Below are positions 60,469-64,000 of a DNA stretch of 64,000 bases, piece after piece (within the stretch, counting starts at the first letter, position 1; every line of letters begins with the position of its first letter). A model generated the notes under the pieces. That model made no database searches. It was not told where the DNA came from and saw only the letters and a list, made by a program, of their open reading frames with translations. This DNA comes from Aureliella sp. Its GTDB lineage: Bacteria; Planctomycetota; Planctomycetia; Pirellulales; Pirellulaceae. The stretch spans positions 3,232,001 to 3,296,000 of the forward strand of contig OY829846.1 of the NCBI GenBank assembly GCA_963691875.1, read 5' to 3'. A program made the translations under genes and the position numbers.

Positions 60469-60919
60469 TCACTCACGAACTGAACTTGATGGGCTTCCAG
60501 CCAATTCGGCGGCTCACACCTTAATGCAAATTCTTGGATAACATGAGTCAGCACCGACGGCGAACGTTGACTGATTTGCTGCAACGGCGGCTCAATGAAG
60601 ACAAGTTCAATCTGAGGCCGCTAGTCGGAAAACAGTTGTAACCAACGACTCCGAGTTTGTCGAAGCAGGTTCGTAGCGTTAGAGGCGAATGCCCTCGGTA
60701 ATCAAGTGTACGCGACACTGCAGCACTAGTTCATTTGCCTCTGAAAAGTGGGTGCTGACATTGGTTCCGTCCAGCTTCTCTTCCACGATCTGCGACACGT
60801 CCGCGATAAATTTCTGCAAGCTACGATTGTCCATATGTTTAATCGTCTTCTGTTCCCTTGGGCCCGAACAGGTGCTGAGTCCTTGGGTATTTGACAAATT
60901 TTCCGTGTGAGGTGCCCAT
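60465..60919 (-). pseudogene. Deletion-fused remnant of an RNA ligase-family gene (5' part) and an AAA_33/polynucleotide kinase-like gene (3' part)
   Basis: [26 protein letters not shown], frameshift, KH...[11 protein letters not shown]...[11 protein letters not shown], joined to [22 protein letters not shown]...IELVFIEPP...CEPPNWLEAH. Confidence 0.75.
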
Positions 60920-60984
60920 AGCTGCATTCTCGAACTAGGCCCAGCTCATAAGGTGTGAGCAGAACGGCATTAGTGATCTATCGA

Positions 60985-61095
60985 TTCAGTGAGCCGCATC
61001 GCTGCGAGGCATCGGGCACGCTTAGCGGGGATTCCGCATAAATCCGAAACTAAGACCTTAACGCCCGAAGCCTCACGTCAAATCCGCTAACTGAA
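60985..61095. repeat. Imperfect palindromic REP/MITE-like element
   Basis: Nested arms TTCAGTGAGC/GCTAACTGAA, GCGAGGCATCGGGC/GCCCGAAGCCTCAC and CTTAG/CTAAG. Confidence 0.55.
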
Positions 61096-61325
61096 CCTGC
61101 CTAGACACCGATAACAGTAAAAGTTTACAGCGCGACGGTTTACGCAACGAAGAGCCTTCTTAGTGGGATTCTCAAGAACTACTCCCCATTGTCGCATGAT
61201 AGATAGCGGTTGCCATTGCCGGCGCAATTTCAAGAATTCAGGCGAATCCCACAACGGCGAAAGATCGAGTAGGCTGAGGTATCGTTTCTCGGATTGCCAT
61301 TCCACGTTTTTGGGGAGCAGGACTC

Positions 61326-61844
61326 ATGCCAAGTTCTCAGCCTTTTCGACTAATGACCCACAACCCTCAGTGGCCACAGGAATTTCAGCAGGCTCGTTCT
61401 TCGATCTTGCAAGCGACTGCGGGTTGGCTTGCTGCAGTAGAGCACATTGGTGGGACAGCAGTGCCAGGGGCTCTTTCGCGGCCGGTTGTAGACATGTTGG
61501 CTGGCATCAACGACCTGCAAGCACTTCAGGAAGTGTGCGATCTGATTGAAGGGCTCAACTACTGTCGCGTCGAAACGCCCGCTTGGTGTGATGACGAACT
61601 ATGTGGCATGTTGCTCAAGCCTCGAATTGGCGAGGCGACTCACTCGGTATTGGTTGTGCGTCATGAACAGGAGCTTTGGCAACGAGCTATTCGCACTCGG
61701 GAGCGGCTGAAAAGCGATAGTGCTACTCTCGAGCAGCTGTCGCAAATCAAGCAGGAGCATTATCATGCCTCCTGCTCTGCGGAACGGGATATGGAGCAGG
61801 CGAAAGAGATGTTCTTCGGCTCCCTATTAGACGGCCCTTCCTAG
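61326..61844 (+). CDS. GrpB/UPF0157 family nucleotidyltransferase-like protein
   Basis: HNPQWPQEF and VEHIGGTAVPGALSRPVVDM. Confidence 0.82.
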   Translation: MPSSQPFRLMTHNPQWPQEFQQARSSILQATAGWLAAVEHIGGTAVPGALSRPVVDMLAGINDLQALQEVCDLIEGLNYCRVETPAWCDDELCGMLLKPRIGEATHSVLVVRHEQELWQRAIRTRERLKSDSATLEQLSQIKQEHYHASCSAERDMEQAKEMFFGSLLDGPS

Positions 61845-61910
61845 ATCAAAAGCTTGGCAAGCTACACGCGAAACCACGCTCATCATTTGCTCCCCATTTG
61901 AAGCTCAGCT

Positions 61911-63209
61911 ATGGCAATTGCTTACTTCGATACCAACAGCGGAATCGCTGGAGACATGACTTTGGCTGCCCTCGTCGATGCGGGTGCCGACCAGCAGTAC
62001 ATCGCTCAACAGATTCAATCATTGGGCCTGCCCGAAGTCAAATTATTGTTCAGTGAGACACAGCGTCACTGTTTCCGAGCCTTGATGTTGGATATTGAGC
62101 ATCCTCCCGAGCATGCACACCGACACTGGAGCGATATTCGCCAGATGCTCGAGCAGAGTAAGTTGACGGACGCAGAATTGCATACCGCAAAGCGACTGTT
62201 CGAATGCATCGCTGTTGCCGAAGCCAAAGTGCACGGCAGCTCGCTAGAAGAAGTGCATTTCCATGAAGTCGGAGCCATCGACTCGATAGTCGATATCGTG
62301 GGTACTGCGGTCGCACTGCAATCTCTTGGCATCGACCAAGTGATTGCATCACCCACGCCGACAGGCAGTGGTCAGATCAAGATTGCTCACGGAACCGTTG
62401 CAGTCCCAGCTCCAGCGACTGCGGAAATATTGACCGGAGTTCCGATTCGAAGTTGCTCGATTGAGGCCGAGTTGACGACTCCGACTGGCGCCGCGATTCT
62501 TCGGACCTTGGCAGACGATTTTGGCCCGCTGCCGGACATGCAAATCCAACGCATTGGCTATGGCTCGGGGCATAAAGAGCTGAAGGAACAAGCCAATATC
62601 TTGCGCGTCTTAATTGGTAACAGCTGGGCCCCGTCAGAGGATCGCGTTCTGTTGCTCGAAACCAACTTGGACGACATCACGGGCGAACAGCTTGGCTTTG
62701 CAATAGAAAGATTGTGGGAAGTGGAGGCTTTGGATGTATTCACCACCGCGATTGGAATGAAGAAGAATCGACCCGCCGTAATGCTGTCCGTGCTTGCGAT
62801 GCCAGAGCATCGAGTTGCGATTGAACAATGTCTGTTTCAGCACACCGGCGCCCTCGGAGTTCGTCACACTTTGCTTCAACGCAGCAAGCTACAAAGAAAA
62901 AGTTTGCAGGTGGAAACTAGGCTTGGCAGCGTCCGGGTCAAAGCCGCCTGGGGATTCCAGAAAGGGCTGAACGGCTTACGCCTTGCGCCTGAATACGAGG
63001 ACTGCAAGCGGCTCGCCGAAAGCAATGCGGTGAGCCTGGAGTCCGTCTATCAGCTGGCACTTCGGGCAGCTGAGCCCGCCAAAGAAGCTTTGGAAGAGGA
63101 ACTCAGACAACAGAGCGCAAGCGAATCGAATCATGGCCATAGCGGACACGATCACGGTGGGCACGATCACGGCGGGCATGATCACGGCGGGCATCACCAC
63201 CATCACTAG
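61911..63209 (+). CDS. larC: Nickel pincer cofactor biosynthesis protein LarC
   Basis: SGIAGDM, AEAKVHG...VHFHEVGAIDSIVDI, ELTTPTGAA, ETNLDD, MKKNRP and PEYED. Confidence 0.93.
   Translation: MAIAYFDTNSGIAGDMTLAALVDAGADQQYIAQQIQSLGLPEVKLLFSETQRHCFRALMLDIEHPPEHAHRHWSDIRQMLEQSKLTDAELHTAKRLFECIAVAEAKVHGSSLEEVHFHEVGAIDSIVDIVGTAVALQSLGIDQVIASPTPTGSGQIKIAHGTVAVPAPATAEILTGVPIRSCSIEAELTTPTGAAILRTLADDFGPLPDMQIQRIGYGSGHKELKEQANILRVLIGNSWAPSEDRVLLLETNLDDITGEQLGFAIERLWEVEALDVFTTAIGMKKNRPAVMLSVLAMPEHRVAIEQCLFQHTGALGVRHTLLQRSKLQRKSLQVETRLGSVRVKAAWGFQKGLNGLRLAPEYEDCKRLAESNAVSLESVYQLALRAAEPAKEALEEELRQQSASESNHGHSGHDHGGHDHGGHDHGGHHHHH
63150..63194 (+). repeat. 15-nt tandem repeat x3 encoding DHGGH
   Basis: GATCACGG(T/C)GGGCA(C/T) occurs three times. 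Confidence 0.9.
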
Positions 63210-63248
63210 TCTTTCAGAAGCGACCCGCATTGCGATGTCGATGCACGC

Positions 63249-63275
63249 GGCCTTTTACCATGTAAAAGGCCTTTT
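63249..63275 (+). terminator. Terminator hairpin between convergent larC and bioB
   Basis: GGCCTTTTAC-CAT-GTAAAAGGCC followed by TTTT. Confidence 0.65.
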
Positions 63276-63297
63276 CTAGACTGCTCTCTGGCCTGAC

Positions 63298-64000
63298 TTA
63301 AACTTCAGAGCCGGTTTCAGTGGTAACTTCAAAGCCCATATCGCGGACCATGTTGTAGTCGGCATCAGGTGCTTGTCCTTGCGTCGTAAGATAATCGCCA
63401 ACAAAGATACTGTTAGCGACATAGAGACTCAGAGGCTGCAGGCTTCGTAAGTGCTTTTCGCGACCACCGGCAATTCGCAGTTCGCTACTCGGGTTCACGA
63501 ATCGCATCATGCATAGTCCGCGAATGCAATCTTGAGGCGTAAGAGGCGTTTGCTCTCCGAGTGGTGTTCCTTCGATGGCGTGTAAGAAGTTGAGCGGAAT
63601 CGATTCGGCGCGAAGTTCCCGCAAGTCGAATGCCATCGAGACGAGATCGGAATGCGACTCGCCCATGCCCATGATGCCACCCGAGCAAACCTCCAAGCCA
63701 GCATCTCGGACGTTGCGTAGTGTATTCATGCGATCTTCGTAAGTGTGGGTCGAGCAGATGTCGTCATAGTGCTCGCTACTCGTGTTCAAGTTGTGATTCA
63801 CCCGATCGACACCGCATTCCTTCAGACGCTTGGCGTTCTCGGGAGTCAGAAGCCCCAGGCAAGCACAGATCTTCAGATCAGAGTTTTCCTTCACGCGTGG
63901 GACCACTTCTTCGACCGCTTGCATTTCTTTCTCGCTTGGAGCGCGGCCGCTGATGACGATGCAGTAGGTGCTGGATCCGCGATCTGCAGCAACTTTGGCT
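63298..64000 (-). CDS. bioB: Biotin synthase (N-terminus beyond the window edge)
   Basis: CACLG, VNHNLNTS, VCSGGIMGMGE, IPLNFL, RIAGGRE and ANSIFVGDYLTT. The frame stays open to the window end (TYCIVISGRAP). Confidence 0.95.
   Translation of the reverse strand, partial: AKVAADRGSSTYCIVISGRAPSEKEMQAVEEVVPRVKENSDLKICACLGLLTPENAKRLKECGVDRVNHNLNTSSEHYDDICSTHTYEDRMNTLRNVRDAGLEVCSGGIMGMGESHSDLVSMAFDLRELRAESIPLNFLHAIEGTPLGEQTPLTPQDCIRGLCMMRFVNPSSELRIAGGREKHLRSLQPLSLYVANSIFVGDYLTTQGQAPDADYNMVRDMGFEVTTETGSEV

Overview
Planctomycete (probably Pirellulaceae-like) chromosomal window. The first 27.8 kb hold two tandem, paralogous giant secreted proteins (>2990 aa, truncated by the window edge, and ~6170 aa). 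Both are built from PPC-like, beta-helix, Ig-like, GEVED, cadherin-like and C-terminal dockerin-like modules. A ~90-100 aa 'DG-x-TF...TFEFD...AIN' module is inserted, sometimes nested inside itself, at different sites in the two paralogs. The larger protein carries two metzincin domains with degenerate zinc motifs. Next come a sigma54-type promoter and a highly structured ~345-nt leader in front of an atypical sigma70 factor with three extra HTH motifs. The rest includes rsmE, an ExeA-like ATPase, an S8 protease, an S9 peptidase, MMPL and RarD transporters, an orphan anti-sigma factor, ruvX, a Gfo/pentaheme cytochrome/sulfatase cluster, an RluA-like protein lacking its catalytic Asp, a GrpB-family gene, larC and partial bioB. 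At least five decayed loci are readable, including an inverted-repeat-flanked GxxExxY nuclease and a collapsed RNA-ligase/kinase operon. No rRNA, tRNA, CRISPR array or intact transposase was recognised. All family assignments are from motif recognition by eye, not from database searches.
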